Positions 26,769 through 36,358 of a DNA stretch of 53,109 nucleotides are shown in pieces (the first letter of the stretch is position 1; every line of letters begins with the position of its first letter). Both the position numbers and the translations under genes were made by a program. Origin of the DNA: Corallococcus coralloides (GTDB lineage Bacteria; Myxococcota; Myxococcia; Myxococcales; Myxococcaceae); contig JABFJY010000032.1 of the NCBI GenBank assembly GCA_013116665.1, positions 1 to 53,109 of the forward strand. Direction: 5' to 3'. Under the pieces are notes generated by a model. That model was given only the letters and a program-made list of their open reading frames with translations, did no database searches and was not told the origin of the DNA.

Positions 26769-27434
26769 TCAGTGGATGGGCTTCCCGCGCGTCATCCGGC
26801 GGGCCTGCTCGCGCGAACCGCCCTTCACCTCGATGCGCTTGCCCTGGGGCAGCTCCTCCGGGAGCTTCAGGGAGACCTCCAGGACGCCGTTCTCGAAGTG
26901 CGCCTGGACTGACTCCGTGTCGATGCCTTCCGGCAGCGGAACGGCGCGGCGGAACAGCCCGGTGCTGCGCTCCAGGCTCCAGATGCCTTCGGCCTCCTCC
27001 TCCTCTTCCAGCTCGAAGGAGCGCTCGCCTTCGATGATGAGCAGGTCCGGCTGCAGCTCGACGTAGATGTCCTCCTGCTTCATCCCCGGCAGGTCTGCCT
27101 TCACGATGAGGCTTCCGTTCCGCTCCAGCACGTCCACCTGCGGCGACCAGATGCCCTCGTCCAGCACGCCGCTCCGGGCGGCAATGCCCCGGCCTCCGAA
27201 GCCGGTGACGAGCTGGTCCATGTCCTCCATCATGCGACGCAGCAGCCCGAACGGGCTCACGGGCGCGGCTTCCCTCCCGATGGCGGGGGCCTGGGACTCG
27301 CGGCGGCTGATGCCAGCGCCAGTCCTGGGCTCCTGCCCCTGCGAGGTGGCGCCCGGCGCACCGGCCTGGGCGTTCTTCACGGCGGGCGAGGAGGGCTCCC
27401 CCTGCGCGCCTGCGTTCCTGTTGTCGGTTGCCAT
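26769..27434 (-). CDS. Hsp20/alpha-crystallin family small heat-shock protein
   Basis: ORF 26769..27494, trimmed to the internal ATG (MATDN...). The alpha-crystallin domain includes PQVDVLERNGSLIVKADLPGMKQEDIYVEL...AHFENGVLEVSLK. Confidence 0.8.
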   Translation of the reverse strand: MATDNRNAGAQGEPSSPAVKNAQAGAPGATSQGQEPRTGAGISRRESQAPAIGREAAPVSPFGLLRRMMEDMDQLVTGFGGRGIAARSGVLDEGIWSPQVDVLERNGSLIVKADLPGMKQEDIYVELQPDLLIIEGERSFELEEEEEAEGIWSLERSTGLFRRAVPLPEGIDTESVQAHFENGVLEVSLKLPEELPQGKRIEVKGGSREQARRMTRGKPIH

Positions 27435-27589
27435 GACGTCCTCCCCCGGTGGAGCCGGCTGGCGACCGGCCGCCGGACCGCACCGGTCACTCAAGCGGGG
27501 ATGGGATCATCCCAACCCCAAACCTGGAGGCGCGCGGCGGGGCCATCAAGGGGGCCCGGCCCCGCGGTCTGGCATTCACGGGCGCCCCG

Positions 27590-28477
27590 CTACGCGAGCA
27601 GCGTGGCGTCCATCACGGTGAGGGCCACCCCGCCAACGCGAGCGCGTTCGATGTGGCCTGGCCGGCCGGTGACCTGGATGTCGATTCGGCCCGGCTTGCC
27701 GAGCGTGTCGCCCTGTTCGATGCGGCTCGACACCGTGCCGCCGTGCTCCGGCAGGCGAAGGCTCCCGTGCTCGGCGAGCCAGGCCGCGAGCGGTCCCGCG
27801 GCGGAGCCCGTCACGGGGTCCTCCAGGATGCCGAAGCCCGGGACGAAGTAGCGCGCCTGGGCCACGCTCCCCTCCTCCTTCGCTTCGCGGGTGAAGAGGT
27901 AGACGCCGCGCAAGCCGTGCGGCATCAGCAGCGCGTTCATCGCCGCGCCTCGCGGCGTCAGGGCCTCCAGGTCCGCGAGCCGCCGGAGGGGCACCACCAG
28001 CCGGTGGCCCTGGCGGATGACCGGCAGCGACGATTCCACCTGCGACGCGGTCCCGCCCAGCGTGGCCATCAGTGCGTCCAGGGCCACGGGGTTGGGCTGC
28101 GCGGGCGGCGGGGGCGTGGTGATCCACACCCGAGTCCCGCGCGTGCCCTGGGGCTCCAGCTCGATGCTGAACGTGCCACCGGGGCACTCCAGCGTGTACG
28201 TCCCCGGGCTTCGCAGGAGCCCCTTCTCCGCGAGCAGGTGGAAGGTGGCCACCGTGGCATGGCCGCAGAAGGGAATCTCGTCCACGGGCGTGAAGTAGCG
28301 CAGGCGCACGGTGGCGTCGCCGGGCCGGGACAGCAGGAACGCGGTCTCCGACGCGCTGACGGCCGCGGCGGTCCGCTGCATCGTGGGGACCTCCAGCGCC
28401 GCAGCGTCGAGCACCACGCCCGCGCGGTTTCCTGCACCGGCAGTGCGGGTGAAGGCATCGATGATGTGAACCTGCAT
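27590..28477 (-). CDS. PhzF-family phenazine-biosynthesis-like isomerase
   Basis: 295 aa. MQVHIIDAFTRTAGAGNRAGVVL...FCGHATVATFHLL is a PhzF/DAP-epimerase-fold signature. Confidence 0.8.
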   Translation of the reverse strand: MQVHIIDAFTRTAGAGNRAGVVLDAAALEVPTMQRTAAAVSASETAFLLSRPGDATVRLRYFTPVDEIPFCGHATVATFHLLAEKGLLRSPGTYTLECPGGTFSIELEPQGTRGTRVWITTPPPPAQPNPVALDALMATLGGTASQVESSLPVIRQGHRLVVPLRRLADLEALTPRGAAMNALLMPHGLRGVYLFTREAKEEGSVAQARYFVPGFGILEDPVTGSAAGPLAAWLAEHGSLRLPEHGGTVSSRIEQGDTLGKPGRIDIQVTGRPGHIERARVGGVALTVMDATLLA

Positions 28478-28619
28478 GGGCGGACTCCGGACAGGGCAAG
28501 GGCCAGGGGAACGTCGCAGGCATGCTCCGCGCCACCGCCGGCGTCAAGCGCTGGCCCGACGCACCGGAGCCCCCACAACAAGGTTGAACGAGAGCGCGCG
28601 AGCAGGCACAGCAAGATGC

Positions 28620-29396
28620 ATGAATCTCCTGAAGTCGGGTGGGTGGGTGGTGCTGGTGGCGTTGCTCCACGCGAGCGGCGCGGCGGCGCAGATCGTCAAC
28701 GTGCAGGCGCTCTTCGACGAGAAGGCGGAGCCGGGGCCGGCCGCTGCCATCGAACTCGGGGGCGACTGGCGCACGGGCAGCACGGAGCTGTTCGCCATCC
28801 GGGGCTCGCTGGTGGGCCAGCTGCGCTCCGAGCGAGACGTCTGGCTGGGCGTCATCCGGGGTGAATATTCGTTCGCCAGCGGCGAGCGCATCGTCAGCCA
28901 GGTGCTGGAGCACGTGCGCTACCGGCGAAAGTTCACGGACACGGTGTCGGGCGAGGTCTTCGCGCAGCACGAATACAACGAGTTCCGCCGGCTCCAGTTC
29001 CGGGCCCTGCTGGGCGCGGGTCCGCGCTTCATCCTGCTCAATGAGGCCCGCTTGGGGCTCACCTTCGGGGTGGCGCTGATGCTGGAGTACGAGCGGCTGC
29101 GCAAGGACGGCGAGCCGGACGCGGGGGACCGCTACATGGATCCGCGAGTCTCCAGCTATCTGCTGGCCCGGGTGAAGCTGATGGAGAACATCGACCTCGT
29201 GGAGACGGTCTACTTCCAGCCGCGAGTCACCCGCCCCTCCGACCTGCGCGTGCTGAACGAGACGATCTTCGCGGTGACGCCCAATCCCCGCGTCACGGTG
29301 GGCATCGGCTTCAACCTCACCTACGACAGCGCACCGCCCGCGACGGTGCCGCCCCTGGACACGCAGCTGCGCACCACGGTGGGAGTGAAGTTTTGA
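28620..29396 (+). CDS. Secreted outer-membrane beta-barrel-like protein (DUF481-like)
   Basis: Signal peptide MNLLKSGGWVVLVALLHASGAAAQ. Alternating amphipathic beta strands. Ends in an aromatic residue (VGVKF). Confidence 0.55.
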   Translation: MNLLKSGGWVVLVALLHASGAAAQIVNVQALFDEKAEPGPAAAIELGGDWRTGSTELFAIRGSLVGQLRSERDVWLGVIRGEYSFASGERIVSQVLEHVRYRRKFTDTVSGEVFAQHEYNEFRRLQFRALLGAGPRFILLNEARLGLTFGVALMLEYERLRKDGEPDAGDRYMDPRVSSYLLARVKLMENIDLVETVYFQPRVTRPSDLRVLNETIFAVTPNPRVTVGIGFNLTYDSAPPATVPPLDTQLRTTVGVKF

Positions 29397-29699
29397 GTGG
29401 GCGGCAAGCAGCGCGTTGACACATCGGGCGCGCAAACAAGGCGCGGGAGGACGCATCTCCTCCGTCGACGACGCATCCACTGTCACAGCGCGAGAATTGT
29501 TCTTGGGGCACTGGCCCCCAAGGCCCCGCGCAGCAAGCCACCGCAGCGCCTCGTGCGCCGTGTCCCGACAAACGTCATAGAGACGCGTCAGCTTCGCTTT
29601 CCCCATCCCCATCCCCTCCTCGTCCCAGCATGGCCATCCAACCACGGGGGTCTGACATGAGCGCGAAGGCCCACCGTCCGCATCGTCCGTCGGCCAGCG

Positions 29700-30140
29700 C
29701 GGCCCCCGGGCCTCATGTGTCTGAAACCTGTCCGACTGTCGGACAGGTTTTGAGGGAACCCGTCCCAGGCGGGTGCGTCTGTCCGAGTCCATCCCTGGAG
29801 TTCACGCACGCATGACATTGCTCGACCGACGGCCCAGCGCGACCTCGGACCGCATGCTTCGAAAAGCTGTCCGGCTGTCGGACAGGTTTTGAGCGAACCG
29901 GACCCGGGCGGCCCCTCTCCCCGTGTCACGACCTTGCGCTCGCGCACGCATGACGTCGCTGACCTGGTGGACTGGCGTGGCCTCGGACTGCTTGCCGCGA
30001 ATCTTGTCCGACTGTCGGACAGGTTCTGAGCGTTCCGGGCCCGACGTGCCCTCCGCTCCTGCATCCAGTCGAGCCACATCGCTGCACCCTCGAAGGCGGA
30101 CCTTGTCGGCGAACTCCTGGCGGCCCGCTTGAGGGTAGGC
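29700..30140. repeat. About 3.1 tandem copies of a ~137-bp intergenic unit, each containing the perfect palindrome TGTCCGAC-N-GTCGGACA followed by GGTTTTGAGCGAACC
   Basis: Palindromes at 29729-29745, 29868-29884 (one mismatch in the left arm) and 30005-30021. Shared CGCACGCATGAC and CCTCGGAC blocks lie between copies. Lies between the DUF481 gene and proC. Confidence 0.85.
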
Positions 30141-30147
30141 TCTAGCG

Positions 30148-30999
30148 ATGGCGTCCCATTCCATCTCTGCTCCCGTAGTCCTCCTGGGAGGCGGCAAGAT
30201 CGCTGAAGCGCTCATCCTGGGACTGTTGCGCTCCGGCCACGTGCGTCCTTCGGACCTTCGCGTCACGGTGCGCCGGCCCGAGCGCGGAGAGGAGCTGCGC
30301 TCCCGGCACGGCGTGAACGTCCTCATGGACAACGCGCAGGCGGTGCTGGGCGCGGGGGTGATCCTGCTCGCGGTGCGGCAGGCGCAATTGCGCGAGCTGA
30401 TGGAGGTCATCTCGCCGGCTCTGGAACAGGGGCAGACCGTGGTGTCGCTGTCCGCAGACGTGCGCCTTGCGCAGTTGGAAGCGGCGCTGCCCTCCTGCGT
30501 CTCCGTCATCCGCGCCCTGCCACATACGCCCGTGCGCGTGGGAGCGGGCGTGACGCCACTGACGGCCGGGACCCGGGCAACGGAGACCTCAAGGCTGGCC
30601 ACCGAGTCCGTCTTCGCGGCGACGGGACGGCCCATGTGGATGACCGAGGAGGCGCTCACGGTCTGCACGGGGGTGTGCGGCACGGGCCCCGCTTATGTCT
30701 TCCGCTTCGTGGAGACCCTGGCCCAGGCCGCGATGGCGCACGGGATGGACGCGGCGGAAGCGGAGGCGCTCGCCAGGGAAACGCTCATTGGCGCGGCGAA
30801 GCTGCTGGCCGAACCCGGCGCCACCACCCCTCGCCTCATCACGGAGATCGCGACCCCGGGAGGCATCACCGAGGCAGGGCTGAAGGCGATGGACTCCCAC
30901 GGTCTGCCTCGCGTCGTGGGCGAAGCAGTCTCCGTCGCCATCCAGCGAACCCGCGAGCGCGCGGACGCGAACGCCGCGGCCTACAGCACGCCAAAGTGA
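30148..30999 (+). CDS. proC: Pyrroline-5-carboxylate reductase
   Basis: 283 aa. N-terminal NADP motif LLGGGKIAEALILGL. ProC C-terminal dimerization region TPGGITEAGL. Confidence 0.85.
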   Translation: MASHSISAPVVLLGGGKIAEALILGLLRSGHVRPSDLRVTVRRPERGEELRSRHGVNVLMDNAQAVLGAGVILLAVRQAQLRELMEVISPALEQGQTVVSLSADVRLAQLEAALPSCVSVIRALPHTPVRVGAGVTPLTAGTRATETSRLATESVFAATGRPMWMTEEALTVCTGVCGTGPAYVFRFVETLAQAAMAHGMDAAEAEALARETLIGAAKLLAEPGATTPRLITEIATPGGITEAGLKAMDSHGLPRVVGEAVSVAIQRTRERADANAAAYSTPK

Positions 31000-31664
31000 C
31001 GCTTGAGCCCCCGCTGGCCTCCAGGCGTCACGATGAGGCCGCGTGAGTCGGGCTGACGCTCCACCCATCCCAATGCGAACACCCGGGCCGCGAGCGCCGC
31101 GCCCAGCGCCCCCGCGAGGTGATCGCGCCGCTCACTCCAGTCCAGGCACCGGTGGGCGAAGTGGCGCCGCTGTTCGCGCACGGGCGCCAGGTCGATGCCG
31201 AAGTCCTGGAACCACGCCTCGCCGCTCGGGGTGAGCGCGAACGCGCGCTTGCGAAGGGACAGGTGCCCGGCCCGCAGGAGCGCGTCGGTGATGCCCATGC
31301 CCAATCTGCCCGCCAGATGGTCGTAGCAGTAGCGCGCGGCCCTCAGGGGCTCCGGAGTCGCTGACGCTCGGGGGCCCCGGACCGCCACGGTCATCAGCGC
31401 CTCCACCATCCGCGCCACGGTGGGCGTGGCGATCCGGAACACCTTGTTGCGCCCCTGACGGGTGGCGCGGACCAGCCGGGCCTGCTCCAACCGCTGGAGG
31501 TGCGCGGTCGCCGTCGCGGGGCTGACGCCCGTACCGAACGCGAGCTCCTTCGCGACGAGCGCCCGGCCCTCCATGAGCAACTCCAGCATCCGGATCCGCG
31601 TGGCATCCCCCACGGCCGTGGCCAGCGTCGCGAGGTCCGGCCCTGCATTCATCGTTCGGTCCAT
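30981..31664 (-). CDS. ArsR/SmtB-like winged-helix transcriptional regulator with C-terminal extension
   Basis: ORF 30981..31928, trimmed to MDRTMNAG at 31664. HTH region IRMLELLMEGRALVAKELAFGTGVSPATATAHLQRLEQARLV. Divergent from the P450 gene. Confidence 0.65.
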   Translation of the reverse strand: MDRTMNAGPDLATLATAVGDATRIRMLELLMEGRALVAKELAFGTGVSPATATAHLQRLEQARLVRATRQGRNKVFRIATPTVARMVEALMTVAVRGPRASATPEPLRAARYCYDHLAGRLGMGITDALLRAGHLSLRKRAFALTPSGEAWFQDFGIDLAPVREQRRHFAHRCLDWSERRDHLAGALGAALAARVFALGWVERQPDSRGLIVTPGGQRGLKRHFGVL

Positions 31665-31727
31665 GACGAACCATTTCCTAGCACACGGACACGGCAACGG
31701 CAGCAGAGTGCCCGGCCACGAGGACCG

Positions 31728-32849
31728 ATGACACCGCCGACCGACCCGTATCAAGCCGTCACCCACCCCGACCCCTACCCCTACTACTCGGAGCTTCGAG
31801 CCCGGGGCGGCCTGCACCGCGTCCCCGGCTTCGGGCCATGGATCGCGGCGGATGCGGCCACCGTCCGCGCGGTGCTCACGAGCGAGCACTGCCGGGTCCG
31901 GCCACGGTCGGAGCCAGTGCCTCCGCACCTGGCGGGCACCGCCGCGGGGGCCCTCTTTGGACGGCTGGTGCGGATGAACGACGGTGGCCCCTACCCCGCC
32001 GTGAAGCAGACACTTTCAAGTGCGCTGCCGTTGGCGCTGCGCGAGGTCGAAGCGGAGAGCCGCCGCCAGGCGACACGGTTGTTCGCAACGCCCTCGCTGT
32101 CACGGCTGCCGGACGCCGCCCTCCAGCTTCCCGTGTTCGTGCTGGGGTCGCTGCTGGGCTTCCCAGAAGACACGCTGGAGGCGAGCGTGCGGGATGTGGA
32201 TGCCTATGTCCGCTCGGTCGCCGGGTCCCCTGCTGGCAGTGAGGGGGCGGCAAGGCTGCACGAACGCGTGGCGGCCTGCTTCCGGTCCACTGCGAGGACC
32301 GCGTTCACGGCCCGGCTGATGGAAGGCCACGGCCCGGAGGACCTGCTCGTTCCCAACACCGTGGGCCTGCTCACCCAGGCGTATGAAGCGACGGCCGGTC
32401 TTCTGGGCGCGACGCTGCGGGCCTTCGCTCGAATGCCCGAGCTGCGTGAACAGCTCTCACGGGGCACCTGCACCATGGACGACGTGGTCCAGGAAGCAGC
32501 TCGTCACGATTCCCCGGTCCAGAACACACGGCGCTTCACCCATGCCGCCGCGGTCGTCGCGGGTCAGGCGCTGGAAGCCGGTGAGACCGTGGTCGTCGTG
32601 CTCGCCGCCGCGAATCGGGATCCCCTGGAGAATCCCCAGCCCGACGCCTTCCTTCCACGGCGCGCGGGGCGCAAGAGCTTCACCTTCGGCCTGGGCTCGC
32701 ATGCCTGTCCCGGGCCTTTGCTCGCGACGACGATGGCCACGGCGGCGGCGGAGCGAGTGCTCGCGAATGGCCTGGACCTGTCGCCTCTGTCGCGCACCGT
32801 CACCTGGCGTGCCTCCACCAACACCCGCGTCCTGGGAGGACTGGAATGA
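31728..32849 (+). CDS. Cytochrome P450
   Basis: ORF trimmed to MTPPTDPYQ at 31728. Heme-binding loop FTFGLGSHACPG. ExxR-like motif EAARHDSPV. Confidence 0.85.
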   Translation: MTPPTDPYQAVTHPDPYPYYSELRARGGLHRVPGFGPWIAADAATVRAVLTSEHCRVRPRSEPVPPHLAGTAAGALFGRLVRMNDGGPYPAVKQTLSSALPLALREVEAESRRQATRLFATPSLSRLPDAALQLPVFVLGSLLGFPEDTLEASVRDVDAYVRSVAGSPAGSEGAARLHERVAACFRSTARTAFTARLMEGHGPEDLLVPNTVGLLTQAYEATAGLLGATLRAFARMPELREQLSRGTCTMDDVVQEAARHDSPVQNTRRFTHAAAVVAGQALEAGETVVVVLAAANRDPLENPQPDAFLPRRAGRKSFTFGLGSHACPGPLLATTMATAAAERVLANGLDLSPLSRTVTWRASTNTRVLGGLE

Positions 32850-33190
32850 TTGCTGTCATCTTCGAGGTCCGGGCACACGAGTCGCATCGGCAGCGGTACC
32901 TGGACCTCGCCGCGGAGCTGCGGCCCCTGCTGGCGGACATCGACGGCTTCATCTCCATCGAGCGGTTCCAGAGCCTCAGCGAACCGGGGAAGCTGCTGTC
33001 CCTGTCCTACTGGCGAGACGAGGCAGCGGTGGCGGAATGGCGGCGACTGGAGGCCCACCGTGAAGCCCAGCGCGAAGGCCGGGGAGGCGTGTTCAGCGAC
33101 TACCGACTGCGGGTGGCGCACGTCGTGAGGGACTACGGCTTGACGGACCGGGCGGCCGTGCCCGCTGACAGTCGCACCGTGCACGGCTGA
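32846..33190 (+). CDS. ABM-domain monooxygenase-like protein
   Basis: 114 aa. ATGA overlap with the P450 stop. MIAVIFEVRAHESHRQRYLDLAAEL...SLSYWRDEAAVAEWRRLEAH is typical of ABM. Confidence 0.7.
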   Translation: MIAVIFEVRAHESHRQRYLDLAAELRPLLADIDGFISIERFQSLSEPGKLLSLSYWRDEAAVAEWRRLEAHREAQREGRGGVFSDYRLRVAHVVRDYGLTDRAAVPADSRTVHG

Positions 33191-33270
33191 AGCAGCCTGC
33201 GCACGGCGGCTGTCTTCCCGCCCGTCCCTCCCATGCGGGCCATGACTCCCCCACCTTCCGTGGGAGGTGA

Positions 33271-33672
33271 ATGATGAAGCGAGGCCAATGGAGACGTTGC
33301 TGGGGGCTGGCTGCCGCGCTGCTCGGGCTTCCAGCGGCGGGGCAACTGGAAGGCCCTCCCGAGGGTTCGTCGCAATACTCCTGCTTCGAAGCAGCGCGCC
33401 AGGGCAGCTCGGTGAGCGAGAGCATCGCGGCGCAGCTCTGCCAGGGTGCCCGTTCCGACTCCCCGGCACGGTGCTTCCTCCGGGTGCAGGAGAAGGGCTT
33501 CCTCGCCGACCCGCAGGCGCTCCAGCTCTGCCAGTACGCCACGCCCTCGGATGATCCCGCGTCCTGCTTCCTCAAGGCGCGGAACTCCTCGTTCCTGGAC
33601 GAGACACAGCTCCTGGAGCTCTGCCGCCCACCCATCGCGCAGATGCTGAAGATGTGTCCCTACGGGCCGTGA
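33271..33672 (+). CDS. Small secreted protein with three internal ~32-aa repeats (CF...LC pattern)
   Basis: SD gggaggtgaATGATG. Signal peptide MMKRGQWRRCWGLAAALLGLPAAGQ. The repeats end ...ARCF, ...ASCF, ...LCRPP. Confidence 0.6.
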   Translation: MMKRGQWRRCWGLAAALLGLPAAGQLEGPPEGSSQYSCFEAARQGSSVSESIAAQLCQGARSDSPARCFLRVQEKGFLADPQALQLCQYATPSDDPASCFLKARNSSFLDETQLLELCRPPIAQMLKMCPYGP

Positions 33673-33673
33673 G

Positions 33674-36358
33674 TCACCGGGCGCGGAGGAACGCCTTGAC
33701 GCTCGGGGACTGGAGCTTCTGGGACTCGATGCACAGCCGGATGGACTCCAGGGCCCGGGTCAGCGCGCGCGGACCGCCTTCGACCTTGTCCACGCGGGGC
33801 GTGAGGAACGTCTCCACCTGCGCCAGGTGGATGTCATCGCAGAGGCTCCCCGTCTGGCCAATCAGCCGGCCCAGCTCATCCGAGCGCAGCCGCTGCGTCA
33901 GCGCATCGAAGTGCGTCTGGTAGAAGTTCCACGCCAGCGACTGCGACTCCGGTGACATCAACGCCATCCGGAGGATGACCTGCGAGTCCCGCACGTCGAA
34001 GTCCGGCGACACCACCAGCCCCAGCGCCCGCCACAGCAGGTCCGGGTTCCGGAAGTACGCCAGCGACGTCAGCAGCCGGGACCGCTCGGTGCGGTCCGGC
34101 TCCTTCTTCGCCGCCTCCAGCAGCGCGTCGAACAGCGCCGCATCACCGTGCGTCGCCGCTCGGGGCAGCGCGGCACCGAATGCCTCTGGATCCACCGACT
34201 TCCGGTCCGCCAGCCAGGCCCGCACCAGGGGCAGCGACTCCTTCACCAGCCGGGGGTCATCGCCCAGACCGCCGGCCAGCCGGAGGAACAGGGAGCGTGA
34301 GTCCTTCACGGAGTCGTCCTCGCCCGGCTTCGGCACCCAGCCCATGGCATGTGCGCGCGCCGAGTAGAGCGAGGCCACCCACGCGCGGAAGCGCTGGCGC
34401 TCCTCGGGCGTGAGCTGATCCAGGCGCACGAGCTCCAGCAGCGAGGCGGCGCTCTGCACCACGAGCCGGTTCGGCGACTTCGCGGAGGCAGGCACCGCCT
34501 TCAGCGCCTCCCCCAGCGGCAGGTCGCCCCGAGTCACCGCCGCGTCCACATCCGCCCAGAGCGCCACCTGCTCCGCGGGAGTGAAGGCGGCGGCCGGAGT
34601 CGCGAGCAGCTTCGTCAACTGCTCGCGGGTGTAACCGCCGCGGTAGTAACCCGTGCCGCCCGCGTTGAGCAGCACCCACGCCGGGCACTGCTTCGTGGGC
34701 AACGCGACCTCCGCGGACGGTCCCTGCAACATCGAGCACACCCGCGACGACTGCGTGCCCGTGCCCACGCGAAGACACACGGGCACCTGCCATTCCTGCC
34801 GCGCGTCCGCCTTGGAGCCCACGGGCAGGTAACGCTCCTGGGACAGCTTCACGGACGGAGCGCCGCCCGCCGGGCACGACAGCTGCGCGGTGATCCGGGG
34901 CGCTCCGGTCCGCTCGATGAACCCGCCGAAGGACCGCGCCACCTCCGGCCCCGCCGCCTGGGACAGGTCCGCGAGGAGGTCCTCCATCGTCGCGACCTTC
35001 CACTCGTGCTTGCGGACATAGCCCCGGAGGAAGTCGCGGAAGCGCTCCGGTCCCAGCCAGGCCTCGTACATGGCGATGACGGACGAGCCCTTGTCATACG
35101 TCGTCCCGTTGTCGAACGAGCCGACGATGTCATCATTGCTCTCCACCGGCTTGCGCACGGGCAGCGCCGACGCCAGCTCATCCGACGCCAGCGCGGAGCG
35201 GGTCGCGAACATGGCGCGCTCCTGCTGGTAATCCCAGGACGGCTCCAGCCGGTCCACGGTCTGCCGGTCCAGCCACGCGGTGAAGGACTCGTTCAGCCAG
35301 ATGTCGTTCCACCAGGAGCAGGTGACGACGTCACCGAACCAGTAGTGGCCCAGCTCATGGTTGGCGATGACCGCGTAGGACTTGCGGCGGGCCAGCGTCT
35401 CCTCGCCGGGCGGGATGAGCGTGAGCGGCTGCCCGAGCGCGACGAGGCCCGGGTGCTCCATGGTGCCCCAGTACCGGGGCACGACCGCGACATCGAGCTT
35501 CTCGTACGGATACGGCTGGTCGAAGAAGTCCTCCAGGCCCTTCACGATGCGAGGCGTGATGCTCGCGGCGTAGCGCGTCTCCGCGCCCCGGCCCTTGGGG
35601 ACGATGAAGCGCAGCGGCACGTTCGTGCGGCCCACGGTGCCGGCCTCCACCACGTCGAACGGCCCCACCATGAAGGCCACGAGGTAGCTGGGCATGGGCT
35701 TGCTTTCGGCGAAGGTGACGCGCTCCAGTCCGTCCGCCAGAGGCTCGCGAGACACGACGGGATGGTTGGCCAGCGCCACGTGCCCGGCCTTCACGGTGAA
35801 GCGCAGGCGCCACGGCACCTTGAAGGTCGGCTCGTCGAAGCACGGGAAGGCGCGGCGCGCGTCGATGGGCTCGAAGAACGTGTAGAGGTAGGGCTCACCG
35901 CCCTCGTCCACCCCATAGAGGCCCTGGCTGCGCTCGCGGTCCACCTTGCCGGTGAAGTCGAGCAGGAGCTGGGCCTTGCCCACCGGCAGCTCCTCCGGCA
36001 GGAGCAATCCCAGACGTCCTTCCGGCGCGGCGACAGGCTTCGCGTCGAACGTGCGGCCCGCCACGGTGACGCGAGCCCGTGTCACCTCCAGGTCCTGCGC
36101 ATGCAGCCACACCTGGCGCACGGGCGCGCGGACCTCCACGTCGATGGTTACGCTGCCCGGATACGTGTCCTCCGAGGGCACGAGCTTCAGGTCCAGTGCG
36201 TAGTGCACGGGCCGCACGGTGTCCGGCAGCCGCAGCGCGGGAGGCAGGGCCTCCGGCCACGAAACAGCGGGCGGCGCGGAAGCCGGTGGCGCGGCCTCTG
36301 GCGCGTGCGCACAGCGGACGGTCAACACCACCAGCACCAGGAGTGGAAGCAGTCGCAT
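33674..36358 (-). CDS. pepN: M1-family aminopeptidase N (zinc metallopeptidase), secreted
   Basis: 894 aa. Signal peptide MRLLPLLVLVVLTVRCAHA. GTMEH exopeptidase motif. HELGHYWFGD...NESFTAW is a zinc-binding HEXXH-E18 motif. Confidence 0.9.
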   Translation of the reverse strand: MRLLPLLVLVVLTVRCAHAPEAAPPASAPPAVSWPEALPPALRLPDTVRPVHYALDLKLVPSEDTYPGSVTIDVEVRAPVRQVWLHAQDLEVTRARVTVAGRTFDAKPVAAPEGRLGLLLPEELPVGKAQLLLDFTGKVDRERSQGLYGVDEGGEPYLYTFFEPIDARRAFPCFDEPTFKVPWRLRFTVKAGHVALANHPVVSREPLADGLERVTFAESKPMPSYLVAFMVGPFDVVEAGTVGRTNVPLRFIVPKGRGAETRYAASITPRIVKGLEDFFDQPYPYEKLDVAVVPRYWGTMEHPGLVALGQPLTLIPPGEETLARRKSYAVIANHELGHYWFGDVVTCSWWNDIWLNESFTAWLDRQTVDRLEPSWDYQQERAMFATRSALASDELASALPVRKPVESNDDIVGSFDNGTTYDKGSSVIAMYEAWLGPERFRDFLRGYVRKHEWKVATMEDLLADLSQAAGPEVARSFGGFIERTGAPRITAQLSCPAGGAPSVKLSQERYLPVGSKADARQEWQVPVCLRVGTGTQSSRVCSMLQGPSAEVALPTKQCPAWVLLNAGGTGYYRGGYTREQLTKLLATPAAAFTPAEQVALWADVDAAVTRGDLPLGEALKAVPASAKSPNRLVVQSAASLLELVRLDQLTPEERQRFRAWVASLYSARAHAMGWVPKPGEDDSVKDSRSLFLRLAGGLGDDPRLVKESLPLVRAWLADRKSVDPEAFGAALPRAATHGDAALFDALLEAAKKEPDRTERSRLLTSLAYFRNPDLLWRALGLVVSPDFDVRDSQVILRMALMSPESQSLAWNFYQTHFDALTQRLRSDELGRLIGQTGSLCDDIHLAQVETFLTPRVDKVEGGPRALTRALESIRLCIESQKLQSPSVKAFLRAR

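Noticed and set aside
27481-27500. HAIR (HspR) element upstream of hsp20
   Set aside because: Only a CTTGAGT half-site is present. The partner ACTCAAG half at N7 spacing is absent.
29700-30140. Possibility that the tandem palindrome array is a CRISPR array
   Set aside because: The unit is ~137 bp, inter-palindrome sequence is conserved between copies rather than unique spacers, and there are only 3 copies. It does not fit CRISPR repeat-spacer geometry.
29588-30683. Minus-strand ORFs (163 and 293 aa) with recurring QNLSDSRT motifs
   Set aside because: The recurrence merely mirrors the 137-bp DNA tandem repeats. The second ORF is antisense to proC.
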